A stretch of DNA of 64,000 nt from Eledone cirrhosa (lineage: Eukaryota). Below the pieces are notes generated by a model, which saw only the letters and a list, made by a program, of their open reading frames with translations, had not been told where the DNA came from and searched no databases. The translations under genes and the position numbers were made by a program. Shown here piece by piece: positions 24,142 through 36,764 of the stretch. Position 1 is the stretch's first letter; each line of letters opens with the position of its first letter. The stretch is from contig OZ024758.1 of NCBI GenBank assembly GCA_964016885.1, positions 11,036,001 through 11,100,000 of the forward strand, read 5' to 3'.

Positions 24142-24409
24142 CATTGAAGACAGTTTTAACTAATTCCTGGATTTTTGTTGATTCTTAATTTTTAGCTTCT
24201 TTGTTTCTTTGATTTCTTCCCACAGACTGGCACCGGTATTTAGTGCTTTGTGAAAGCTGATCTTTTGTCTCAATAAAAGCAATATGATTGAGTTGTTAAT
24301 AAGTTCGATTCTGAATCGCAATCATTAAAAGTCTCGAGTTTGATCCTGCTGTGTGACATCCCGGACCTCTCCTGTAATTTTGTAGTCTTGTATATTACAG
24401 ACTGTGGAG

Positions 24410-24600
24410 ATACGTGGTCTTGTGGTAAAGGTGTTGGAGATACTGCCACAATGTCGTGGGTTCGATCCCTGGACTGGGTTGTTTGTTGCGTTCTTGAGCA
24501 AAACATTCCATTCCACGTTACTCCGCTATACTCAGCTGAAAATGAGTACCAGCAATATCTGGGGATTTAACCCTACAACGGACAGGCATCTGGTCTAGGA
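24410..24600 (+). mobile_element. tRNA-derived SINE family S2
   Basis: A-box-like GTGGTCTTGTGGTAAAGG, B-box GGTTCGATCCC, body TTCTTGAGCAAAACA...CTCAGCTGAAAATGAGTACC. Confidence 0.75.
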
Positions 24601-24748
24601 GGGGGGGGGGGTATAACATGGCTTAGTAGTAATGGTGCAAAACAGTAGGCGAAACTGCAGTCGGGACTTTGAAGAAAAAGTAGGTACATTTTTATCTATT
24701 ATTTCCTCGTATTTATAATTTTATATTATATATATATATATATATATA

Positions 24749-24769
24749 TACAATAAAGTATGTCCATAG

Positions 24770-24808
<39 letters not shown>

Positions 24809-24872
24809 AAAGTATGTCCATAGAAATATATATATATATATATATATATATATTTCTATGGACATACTTTAT

Positions 24873-24913
<41 letters not shown>

Positions 24914-24928
24914 CTATGGACATACTTT

Positions 24929-24979
<51 letters not shown>

Positions 24980-24994
24980 CTATGGACATACTTT

Positions 24995-25000
<6 letters not shown>
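24749..25000. repeat. Five copies of TACAATAAAGTATGTCCATAGAAA, two forward and three reverse, separated by (TA)n
   Basis: direct reading. Confidence 0.95.
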
Positions 25001-25034
<34 letters not shown>

Positions 25035-25272
25035 TAGAAGGGGTATTTAATTTGTCGGAAATCCGACAAATATAAATATAAATGTTTATAACTGATTTAG
25101 AACACTCAACAGTTTCCTGGAGTAAATATTCAATGATATTAAATACATGGAAACTATATTTATAAAACCATATATCCATATATTTTATATTTATAAAACC
25201 ACTATCCAGAGAATATCGAACTGATAAGGTATGATTTTCCTGGGTATGTCTCTATTTATAAAACAAACTTTG

Positions 25273-25336
25273 TATTTTATCTGAAGAAAGTGTACCAAAG
25301 TGTTTTTGGTACCCTTGAAATATATATAATAAAATA
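25273..25336 (+). ncRNA. Type I hammerhead ribozyme, family B variant (element 25032-25385)
   Basis: UAUUUUAU-CUGAAGA-AAGUGUACCAAA..UUUGGUACCCUU-GAAA-UAUAUA-UA-AUAAAAUA; perfect stem I; stem II covaries with 22339 (CACCA/UGGUG vs UACCA/UGGUA). Confidence 0.8.
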
Positions 25337-25574
25337 AATATGGTTTTATAAATATAGTTTCCATTTATTTAATATCATTGTATATATATAGATATATATA
25401 TATACATATACCCACTCATATATGTGTGTGTGTGTGTGTGTGTATTGATAGGGCAATTAAGATTGTTGTCCCAGAATAATTAATGACATATTAAACTTGA
25501 TCTGAAGATTGCTAGTCTCTCGACTGACTTATTAATTATGCTACAATAATTAATCAAAGATCACGATACATCAA

Positions 25575-25585
25575 GCAGCAGCAGC

Positions 25586-25664
<79 letters not shown>
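25575..25664. repeat. (AGC)n(AGT)n microsatellite
   Basis: direct reading. Confidence 0.95.
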
Positions 25665-26669
25665 ATGATAGGAGGGATGGAATTTGATTTAATTAGTGAA
25701 CAATTATTTAGTATATCGACAGTTTTCTAAAATTGGAAACTAAGAGAGGTAACCGATGCTGTTCTGTGGTCTCGGGTTTTCCTTTATTAAGCAGAACTAT
25801 CATCAAAATCATTCCAATCAAGACCATCCCTATTGGTTTATATTTTAGGGACTATTTGGAGGTTTAAGTCACTCTCAGATATTTTCCATCCTCTGGCCTA
25901 CAGGTGTGCTGTCTTTCCTGTCATTTCTACTTTTACTACAACGGCCTCTGTCCCTCTGAGCCTGCTTGTCCTATGTCACCACCACCTACCGCTACTATTA
26001 CAGTCTCTTCTCCTTGTCTCGTGTCAACACCACTGAGGCATTCACCGCTCCTTCGTTGTGTCCTGTCGCCATACTAACCTTTCTGCCCAGTCCTTCCTGT
26101 CCAGAACTCCACAACAGTACTCTGGAACCCAACCTCTGTTCTTGTACCCTCCACCCCAGGGGATTGTCTGTTGTGACCCTTCAATCGCTTAAAGTAAACA
26201 TCGATGGCATTGATCTCTCCCGTCTCTGAGGGTCTGGGATTGATATTGGCTCTTCCTCTAAAACTACTGATAAAAAAGAAAAAAAAACAACTGTGTACCT
26301 TTTTACAACTGAACGCTGTAGTTTGAGGGAGATTTGGTTGCTATATCTACTCGGTGGAATCGAACCTCGGACCTCACGATTACAAAGAGAACTTCTTAAC
26401 CATGTTGCATCTACTTTAAAAAGGGTTAACAAAGTTAAACAGAATACATTTATTGCAACCATCCTCGTCGTTTTTTTTTTCGTAGTCGGGGTTTATATTG
26501 TTATTGTTGCTGTTGTTATTGTTGATGTTGTCACTGTCGCTGTTAATGTTGTTGTTGATGTTGATGTTATTGTCGTCGTCGCTGTTAATGTTGTTGTTAT
26601 TGTTAATGTTGTTGTCGTCAATGTTAATGTTGTTATTGTTGCTGTTAATGTTGTTGTTATTGTTAATGT

Positions 26670-27159
26670 TGTAGCGCCCCCACCTCCTAGGGGGCGGACG
26701 TCATATAGGGGGACGTCAGAACTAAAATAAGAGTTGCGTCCCTTTGTGACGGTAGTGAAACCCCGGTGTCACCTACAGGAGGTAAAAAGAGTTACGTCGT
26801 CTTGGCCACTATAAGTAAGAGGCTGAAAGATCAACTCTCTGCCTCTGTCTCTCTCTTTGACGCTTCGCAGCAGTCTCGTTAACAACTCACCAGAATGCAG
26901 AGCAAATCCTCAACTGACCAACAGCCTAAGGAGACTCCAGCCTCCTCACTATGAATGGTTAAATATATGTACGTTTCATTATTCACTTCTATAAAATAAA
27001 GTACCAGTAATGCACTGGGTAATTACTGGCCTTGTGCCAAAAGTAGAAACAATTATTCACTTCTATGAAGTAAACCAGTATAAACAACCAGTATAAACAC
27101 AAATATGTTTACTAGTACCAACCATTCTAAAGTGGTGACCCCGAATGGGATCCAATACA
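26670..27159 (+). mobile_element. Probable solo LTR of a Gypsy-like element, interrupted by a SINE 3' fragment
   Basis: starts TGTA and ends TACA, TATAAG box near 26810, TGGTGACCCCGA (complementary to the tRNA-Trp 3' end) near the end; interrupts a (GTT)-rich tract; no matching target-site duplication seen. Confidence 0.55.
26993..27052 (+). mobile_element. 5'-truncated SINE S1 with about 15-bp target-site duplication
   Basis: ATTATTCACTTCTAT on both sides of AAAATAAAGTACCAGTAATGCAC...GTAGAAACA. Confidence 0.85.
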
Positions 27160-27212
27160 TATATACACATATACACACACACACACACATATATATATAT
27201 ACACACAGACAC

Positions 27213-27245
<33 letters not shown>

Positions 27246-27296
27246 TATATACACACACACACACACACATATATACACACACACACACACATATAT

Positions 27297-27327
<31 letters not shown>

Positions 27328-27723
27328 CACACACACACACACATATATATATACACACATATATATACACATACACACACACACATATATATACACACAC
27401 ACACACATATATACACACACACACACATATATACACACACACATATATATACACACACACACACACACACATATTCTTGTTGTCGTCGATGTTAATGTTG
27501 TTGCTGTCGCCGATGTCGATTATTGTTGTTGTTGCCGACATTGTTGTTATTGTTGTTGTCGTTATTTCTCAGTAATAGTTTCTTCATACACCACAGATCA
27601 ATTATGATTCGATAACACCCAATACCGTTACAGAATAGCAATATCCAGATCTCGTTAGCTCTCTCACACACTCAGCTTTTATTTTATTTTACTTTCTATG
27701 ATATATTGCATTAACTGTAATAA

Positions 27724-28160
27724 ATGTTTCTACGTTTGGCACAAGGCCAACAATTTGAAGGGAAATCGACCCCAGTGCCTTACTGGTACTTTATTTTATC
27801 GACCCCCTGTAAGAATGAAAGGTAAAGCTAACGTAGGCAGGATTTGAACCCAGAACGTAAAGGGCCGCATGTCTGACGCTCAGCTGATACTGCCAACCAA
27901 CGCCTTACCAATGTAATAATTGTTTCTACTTTTGGCACAAGGCCAGCAATTATACCAGTGTATTACTGGTACTTTATTTTATCGACCCCCGTAAGGATGA
28001 AAAGCAAAGTTAACTTCGGCGGGATTTGAACTCAGACCACAAAGGGCCGTAACTCTTTGCTGCAAAGCATGGCGTCCGACCCTCTACCGATACTGCCACA
28101 TCCACTTACCAATGTAATAATGGTTTCTGGTTTAGGCACAAGGCCAATAATTTGAGGGGA
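27724..28160 (-). mobile_element. Cluster of tandem SINE S1 copies (27724-27905, 27918-28105, partial 28118-28160)
   Basis: reverse complement of the S1 consensus; CTTACCAATGTAATAAT repeated at the junctions. Confidence 0.85.
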
Positions 28161-28384
28161 AAACAAGACAAAACGAAAAACAATTTATTAAAGAAGAAAC
28201 CTATATATATATATACTCCAGTCCTACAAACTGTAGAGTGCTTCTTATCCGATATCTGCATTGCTTTATTGTACTACAATAAAACTCACCTCCTACATAG
28301 AGAGATAGAGAGATAGATAGATAGATAGAGAGATAGATAGTTAGATAGATAGAAAGAGAGAGAGAGAGAGTGAGAGAAAGAGAA

Positions 28385-28419
<35 letters not shown>

Positions 28420-28489
28420 GGTTACAGCAGCCAGCCACACCAGGAAATACAACATACTGGCTGTCACTAAATTTCCTGGTGCAGCCATC

Positions 28490-28526
<37 letters not shown>

Positions 28527-29134
28527 ATATATATGTCTACAAACGCATATATATGCTGAAATAGTTATCTTTCCCAGTTCACTTATTAATAGTGGTTGTT
28601 ATTGTTGTTGAATCTTGTTAGACATTAAACACCAGTCGGCTACTCTAAGCTCTTTAAACCAAATGGTTAGTAATAAACTATTTATTATTATATTTTCTAA
28701 CGTCCGTTTTGGGGTTTTATCAAAGGAAGTCGCGGAAGAAGATGTCTCGAAAGGTTTGTTTGAATTAAACTTCATATTTTACAGTCTTCTCTCTCTAAAC
28801 ATATTGGTCTGATATATCAATAAAGATATGCAGTTTATAGCATGTACATGCTATTAAGTGGTAAGACCACAGTCTCTGATATTTTCAGAGCACTGATAGC
28901 AATATTTATAGCACGATTGTCAGAATCGGTAGAGCGTCGGATAATATGTCATTGTGGCAGTATTTGATCTGGTTCTTTATATTCTGATTTTGAGTTCATT
29001 GTTTCTTTCTAGTGACCAATGTTGAAAAAAATTAACCTCATTTGGTCACTCCATGAGAGTATCTTGGTCAGCCTATGGACATTTCAATCAACTCTCGTGT
29101 GTGTATGTATGTAGAGAGAGAGAGAGAGAGAGAG

Positions 29135-29182
<48 letters not shown>

Positions 29183-29189
29183 TCTGTGG

Positions 29190-29325
29190 TGCTGAGACGG
29201 AGAAAGAGACCACTAAGCATGGGAGTACTCAATGCATGGGTAGATGCAGAGTGGGTATAGAGATATATAAAATCCCGACCGCGGCGTCAAGCGGTTTCGG
29301 CTTGTGTGGTCCAGCAAGGATTTTA

Positions 29326-29331
<6 letters not shown>
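29190..29331 (-). mobile_element. Diverged family C-like element with a degenerate hammerhead
   Basis: minus strand GAA-ACCGC[UUGACGCC]GCGGU-C-GGGAUUUUAUAU with an upstream complementary AUGUAAAAUCCU; CUGANGA core not intact; shares the GAGTACTCAAT tail motif. Confidence 0.55.
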
Positions 29332-29367
<36 letters not shown>

Positions 29368-29744
29368 TGTGTATCAGGTTTGATGGTCTTTATTCTCACT
29401 CGTTCACGATTTCACCGAACTTATATTCATGGAAATTTGGGACTTGACTCGTTCTTCCTCACTTTTCGTTGCTTCACCATCTTTGTTTGTTTACACTCTC
29501 GCTGTCCCCTTTATTTACGTGTCCCAACGACTTTCTTTAGCCGTTGCTCGCACCAACCGGAGGTATATGGTCTTTAAAGCGAAGAAATACCTGTGATGGT
29601 TGGAAGATCACTGATGAAGGACCACTTTATTCATATGTAACCCATTTGCAACCACGCAGCACGTTTATTCTCATATTTATTTATATATATATTGAGTACT
29701 CTGGTGCGTTATGGTCCATCTGGTTCTTTACCACACCTCCTTCG

Positions 29745-29785
<41 letters not shown>

Positions 29786-29813
29786 ATCAAAAGATGGTTA
29801 AATGAGTTCCATG

Positions 29814-29862
29814 TATTTTATTATGCGCATTTCAAAAACATGTGTTTTCATCAGATAAAATA
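29814..29862 (-). ncRNA. Minimal type I hammerhead ribozyme
   Basis: UAUUUUAU-CUGAUGA-AAACACAUGUUUUU-GAAA-UGCGCA-UA-AUAAAAUA; perfect 8-bp stem I, palindromic AUGCGCAU stem/loop III. Confidence 0.85.
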
Positions 29863-29888
29863 GGAGGACATGATATGAAGGTTAAAAA

Positions 29889-29941
29889 CACTTGTGGATA
29901 GTGCAGTTTTAAATCAACATATATATATATATATACACTTG

Positions 29942-29972
<31 letters not shown>

Positions 29973-30066
29973 TTGTGGATAGTGCAGTTTTAAATCAACA
30001 TATATATATATACACTTGTATATATATATATATATATATACACTTGTGGATAGTGCAGTTTTAAAT

Positions 30067-30072
<6 letters not shown>
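29889..30072 (+). repeat. Three copies of ACACTTGTGGATAGTGCAGTTTTAAATCAACA separated by (TA)n
   Basis: direct reading. Confidence 0.95.
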
Positions 30073-30102
<30 letters not shown>

Positions 30103-30186
30103 AGTTAGTCCGGGTTGAATCGGAGGTAACCACAGTAAGTAAGGTACTCAATACATAGCAGAGTATAAAAGTTTTAATATAGATGA

Positions 30187-30235
30187 GATTCTACAGGACT
30201 AGAACTGTTTCGTTCTTTAGAAATCATCAGGAATC
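30187..30235 (-). ncRNA. Type I hammerhead ribozyme, family A (fold-back element 30100-30288)
   Basis: GAUUC-CUGAUGA-U-UUC[UAAA]GAA-C-GAA-ACAG[UUCUAGUC]CUGU-A-GAAUC. Confidence 0.8.
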
Positions 30236-30310
30236 CTGATGATTTCTAAAGAATGAAACAGTTCTAGTCCTGTAGAATCTCATCTATATATATATATATG
30301 AGATATATAC

Positions 30311-30460
30311 ACTAGAAGAGGAAGACCAAGGTTAACGTATGTTGATGCCCTAAGGACAGACACTGGTCTGTTGAAGACGCAGGACATGGCAGCGATAATG
30401 AGGGACAGAGACCGCTGGAGAGAACTCGTCCATGGATCTCGGGAATTTTACCCGCCTTAG
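30311..30460 (+). mobile_element. 3' end of an RTE-clade LINE ORF
   Basis: translates TRRGRPRLTYVDALRTDTGLLKTQDMAAIMRDRDRWRELVHGSREFYPP*, matching the RGRP...D...M.DR..WR C-terminal pattern of RTE elements; ends in (TA)n. Confidence 0.85.
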
Positions 30461-30516
30461 ATATATATATATACACATATATATACACATACACACATAT
30501 ATATATATATATATAT

Positions 30517-30711
30517 AACGAAGGAAATGTGGTAAGGAACCAGGTGGACCATAACGCACCAAAGTACTCAATACTTGGGGTAGTAGAGTGGGTGATAGGA
30601 ACCAGTAAGACCCCGACGGCTGAGCTCAAGCCGTTTCGACGGCTAATTCTGGACTAGTCCAGAATTAGCCGTCGAAACGGCTTCAGCTCAGCCGTCGGGG
30701 TCTTACTGGTT

Positions 30712-30716
<5 letters not shown>
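30517..30716 (-). mobile_element. Family C fold-back element carrying the 3' half of a hammerhead in both arms
   Basis: about 120-bp palindrome centred on ACTAGT (30653-30658); minus-strand arm reads CGAA-ACGGC[UUGAGCUCA]GCCGU-C-GGGGUC. Confidence 0.8.
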
Positions 30717-30754
<38 letters not shown>

Positions 30755-30989
30755 ACATATATATATATATACACACATATACACATACACATATATATAT
30801 ATATACACACATGGATATGGCGGACAGAGATAGTATCTTTAGTATGTCTTAAACAAGAAGAAGCACGCATGGAGTGTATTAACGTCAGCAGGATATGACA
30901 AGAACGTAGGACGCGCTATTTATATGAGGAGTTATACTTTATCCCTTCTTTTAGTATTTAGTACTCAGTCAGCGCTGGATTTATTTTAT

Positions 30990-31410
30990 CATATATTCAC
31001 ATCCATCTCTCTCCCTCCCTTTCCTCTCCTTTTCTTTCTTTACTTCTCTCTCTCTCTTTCTTTCTGTTTGTCTCTCTCTTTTTTCTTTTCTCTATTTCTT
31101 TCCTTTCTTTCTTTCTTTCTTTCTTTCTTCCTTCCTCTCTCTTTGTTTCTTTCTCTTTGTTTCTTTTTCTCTCTTTGTTTCTTTCTCTTTGTTTCTTTTT
31201 TCTTTCTCTCTCTTTGTTCCTTTCTCTAATAATCGATTTATTTTATCTATTTCTATATCGATAATTCTGTGTCATCTTTAATCTCTCCCTCTCTCTCTCA
31301 CCCTCTCTATTAGCTCCTCTCTCCGTCTCCCCCTCTCTATTAGCCCCACTCTCCGTCTCCCCCTCTCTATTAGCCCTCCTCTCTTTGTCTATCCCTCTCT
31401 CCATTTCCTA
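30990..31410. repeat. (CT)n/(CTTT)n pyrimidine tract with short tandem units
   Basis: direct reading. Confidence 0.85.
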
Positions 31411-31746
31411 ATCCTTTTATCAATTTAACAATATATCTCCCAACCAAAGTCTCTCTCAATTTTTTTGTCTTCCATATTATCTCTCCGTTTATCTTCACGA
31501 CGCATACAAAATCGCGCCGTTGACATTAACTAAACAGAATCGTCTGTAGGATAATATAGTAAAAGTCACCCTGCAACTATTTCACTATAAATCATACGAC
31601 ATCCCTCTCGTGTTGTGCTATTTTGTGTTGTATCTTTCGACTTTTCTGTTATCTACGACTTCCATCAATAACTGGATCCATACGACCTTTCTTTCCATTG
31701 TACAACGACTGCATATATATCGTACCTGTATATATTCTTATTTCAG

Positions 31747-33056
<1,310 letters not shown>

Positions 33057-33884
33057 TGGTTTGTCTTTCTATGGCAGATCTGAGGGATGGCAGTTTCTCA
33101 TCTCTTCTCCATGTTTCCATATTCTTTAAACTTGTGAATCAATACAACTTAATGAGTTAAAAATAACCAAATGTCTAGTTTATAAATGATAAATACTGCA
33201 CAAGAGAATGCAGGCATGCAAATGTTACAGATGTATGCAGTATCTATACATGCATGCATTTTTCTATGCGCAGTAGATGCATGCAGTTATTGTTTGCCAA
33301 TGTGAGGTATTGTGTAACTATTTGTGCAACAGTTTCTTTACTCTAAAATCCAGATTACATGTATGTATATATATATATATATACATACATATATGTATAT
33401 ATATATATGTATAGGGAGAGAGAGAGGGGAATTATATATATATATATATATATATATGTGTTTCTGTGTATTTGCGTGGTGTTATATATGTGTATGTGGT
33501 GCTATGTGTGTGTGTATGTGGTATTAGTAGGTATGTGTGCGTGTGGTGCTGTGTATGTGGTGTTATATATCTCTATGTGGTGCTATGTGTGTGGTGTTAT
33601 ATATATGTGTGTGTGGTGTTATATATCTCTATGTGGTGCTATGTGTGTGGTGTTATATATATGTGTGTGTGGTGTTATGTATGTATGTGTATATGTATAA
33701 TTTCAATCCATGGCTTCGATCCAGTAAAAAAGGCTGCACCCTGTGACCTTTCCAAACAGACCAGACGATAGCATTTTTTTTAAAATCATTTTAATGACAA
33801 ATAAGAGAACGCCGAAGAGAAAGAATACGAAGAAACTAGAAAATTCCATTGTTATCAATAGAAAGGTTTGCAGGGTATATATAG

Positions 33885-34093
33885 AAGTCATATCAAACAT
33901 GCGGCCCTTTACAAGCACACCCGAGGCCCACACGAAGGTTTTTACAGCACGAACATGTTTTATCTTCGTAATATAAAATAAAATAAAATAAAATAAAATA
34001 AAATAAAATAAAAATTAGTTTTCGTGTGTGGCCCACAGACAACATATATGTGACCCATGTGGTCCTCTGGGGACCCTCAGTTTGACATGCCTC
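33885..34093. mobile_element. hAT-like MITE
   Basis: imperfect terminal inverted repeats AGTCATATCAAAC / GTTTGACATGCCT with subterminal GCGGCCC/GTGGCCC motifs. Confidence 0.5.
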
Positions 34094-34267
34094 ATCTAGA
34101 TTATATTTTAACCTGTAATCCATGTTTCATTTCTGTCGCACCTCATTTCTCCCATCCCCTCTCTTTGTGATATTTGGGCTTACCTTATTCATATTATGTT
34201 TTTGCATGTCAGTTAGATTCAAACTTACAATGATTGGCATTATATATATATAATGCCTATCATTGTT

Positions 34268-34398
34268 ACGTCCCTTTACAGCCTGAGTTCAAATCCCGCC
34301 GAGGTTGACTTTGCCTTTCATCCTTACGGGGTCGATAAAATAAAGTACCAGTAATGCACTAGTTAATTGCTGGCCTTGTGCCTAAAGTAGAAACAATT
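34268..34398 (+). mobile_element. 5'-truncated SINE S1
   Basis: matches the S1 consensus from GTTACGTCCCTTTAC to GTAGAAACAATT. Confidence 0.9.
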
Positions 34399-34863
34399 AT
34401 TTTATATGAGACATAATTAAATATATATATATAGAGAGAGAGGGTGAGAGAGAGAAGGAGATTGAAGAGAGGGGGGTAGAGAGAGAGGGGGTAGGAGGGG
34501 GGGGGGGGTGATAATTGAGACGAGGAGACAGATTGACAGGCGACAGAAGAAACATGACTGGCTGCCAGTCAGGTAAGAACAAGTTTAATTAGGTCTGATA
34601 TTACTGCTCAGGTGTTCCATAATTGCTTTCCAGCAGTCTCTCCTGTTGGTCCTCCCCCTCTCACCTCCACCCCACCCCAGCCTCCTCCTCTCACCACCAC
34701 CCCAGCCTCCTCTTCTCACCACCCTTAATTGTAATAAGTAATGTTGTAAATCACCACCACCACCACCACCACCAACACAGTGTAATTACAACCGTTACAG
34801 TCTCTCACCAAAACCTCCATCTGCTCTTCAATCATATTTCTATGGAAATTAAGAGGTCGTATG

Positions 34864-34898
<35 letters not shown>

Positions 34899-34899
<1 letters not shown>

Positions 34900-35063
34900 C
34901 TGTTTCTACTTTAGGCACAAGGCCAGCAATTACTCAGTGCATTACTGGTACTTTAATTTATCGAGTCAACCTCGGCGGGATTTGAACTCAGATCGTAAAG
35001 GGACGTAACTATGCTGGAAAGCATGGCGTCCGACCCTCTACCGATACTGCCAATCCACCGCCC
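34899..35063 (-). mobile_element. SINE S1 with an internal deletion
   Basis: reverse complement of the S1 consensus lacking the TTTGCCTTTCATCCTTACGGGG segment. Confidence 0.9.
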
Positions 35064-35081
35064 TATATATAATATATATAT

Positions 35082-35239
35082 AATGAAGGAAATGTGGTAA
35101 GGAACCAGATGGACCATAACGCACCAGAGTACTCAATACTTAGGGTAGTAGAGTGGGTAATAGGAAAATGTTTGACCCCGACGGCAGAGCTCAAGCAGTT
35201 TCGACGGCTATTTTTGGACTGAAATAGCCGTCGAAACGG
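35082..35239 (-). mobile_element. Family C hammerhead-half fold-back element
   Basis: homologous to 30517-30716; CCGTTTCGACGGCTATTT..AAATAGCCGTCGAAACGG. Confidence 0.8.
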
Positions 35240-35249
35240 TGTGTGTATG

Positions 35250-35280
<31 letters not shown>

Positions 35281-35421
35281 GCGTGTGTATTTGTATGTAT
35301 ATGTATGTATGGGTATATGTATATGTGTGTGTGTATTTGTATGTATGTATGTGTGTGTGTGTATTTGTATGTATATGTATGTGTATATATATATATATAT
35401 ATATGTGTGTGTATTTGTATG

Positions 35422-35480
<59 letters not shown>

Positions 35481-35489
35481 ATTTGTATG

Positions 35490-35540
<51 letters not shown>

Positions 35541-35629
35541 ATTTGTATGTATATTTGTGTATGTATATATATATATATATATGTATGTGCATCTGTATGT
35601 ATATATATATATATATGTGTGTGTATTTG

Positions 35630-35660
<31 letters not shown>

Positions 35661-35685
35661 ATTTGTATGTATATATATATATATG

Positions 35686-35726
<41 letters not shown>

Positions 35727-36257
35727 ATGTGTCTGTGTGTTATTCACCATCTACAACTCTTTTTCTCGCCATTTATTATTCAGGAACCTTCCATACAATA
35801 TTATCGTAATTCGCGTTCAACAATACAGATTTTTATGTTGTTTTGTTCCGTACGTGTTCCATTGAAAGGCCACATAATCGGAATAATGTAATAGACTGTA
35901 GTTGTTTCTTTTCTATCTTTCTACAGGAAGATATGTCACGTGATTTATAATATTGGCGGGAAATGTCAAGTAGACGCTTAACTTAGAAACACTTCATCGT
36001 TTCTAATGTAGAAATAGAAAAAAATAATAGTCTCAAAGACTACACACACACACAGGCATACATACACACTTCTATATACACACTCATGTATACACACTCA
36101 TATATACACACAGACATATACGCACTCACACTTTAACGAACATTCACACATATACAGATACATACACAGAGATACTCACATCTACACTCACATATACGGG
36201 CATACACATACTTTAACTCACATACACATTCACACACACACATATATATATATATAT

Positions 36258-36320
36258 GAAAATGTTTAACCCCGACGGCAGAGATCAAGCCGTTTCAATC
36301 CGTCGGGGTTAAACATGTTC

Positions 36321-36321
<1 letters not shown>
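36258..36321. mobile_element. Minimal family C fold-back remnant
   Basis: ATGTTTAACCCCGACGG...CCGTCGGGGTTAAACAT enclosing the stem III segment. Confidence 0.7.
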
Positions 36322-36358
<37 letters not shown>

Positions 36359-36764
36359 TATATATAACATACGGGGTCGATAAAATAAAGTACCAGTAAT
36401 GTACTGGGTATTTGCTGGCCTTGTGCCTAAAGTAGAAACAATTATATTATAATATCTCTGTGTGTGCATTGGTTGTGTATACATATGGTTATTCTTTTAA
36501 TATCAAATTGAGTTCTTAAACACGTGGTTATAATACCTAACAGGTTTAAATGACCAGCGTGTATATTGTTTTATATTTTAAGATGACCTCCCTTTACCCT
36601 CTTGGGGGCAACGTGTATTTTATCTTTGAGAGGACTGCTGGATTTTCGAATCTACCAGTCTCTTTTTAGCTGATTATCGAATCAGTCCATATTTTTTTTT
36701 AGCGCTGATGAAGACCATCACTAATCTATTAATGTCGATGTAATTTTTATATCGATATTAGGCA

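Noticed and set aside
24170-24240. Strong polypyrimidine acceptor (TTCCCACAG) with a possible 10-nt microexon; similar acceptor at 35900-35927
   Set aside because: The donor is weak or missing and there is no supporting reading frame; it cannot be called without RNA-seq.
29566-29624. CTGATGAAGGACCA with upstream TGGTCTTT as a type II hammerhead
   Set aside because: Spacing to GAAA is wrong and there is no valid stem III or UH site; at most a truncated 5' half.
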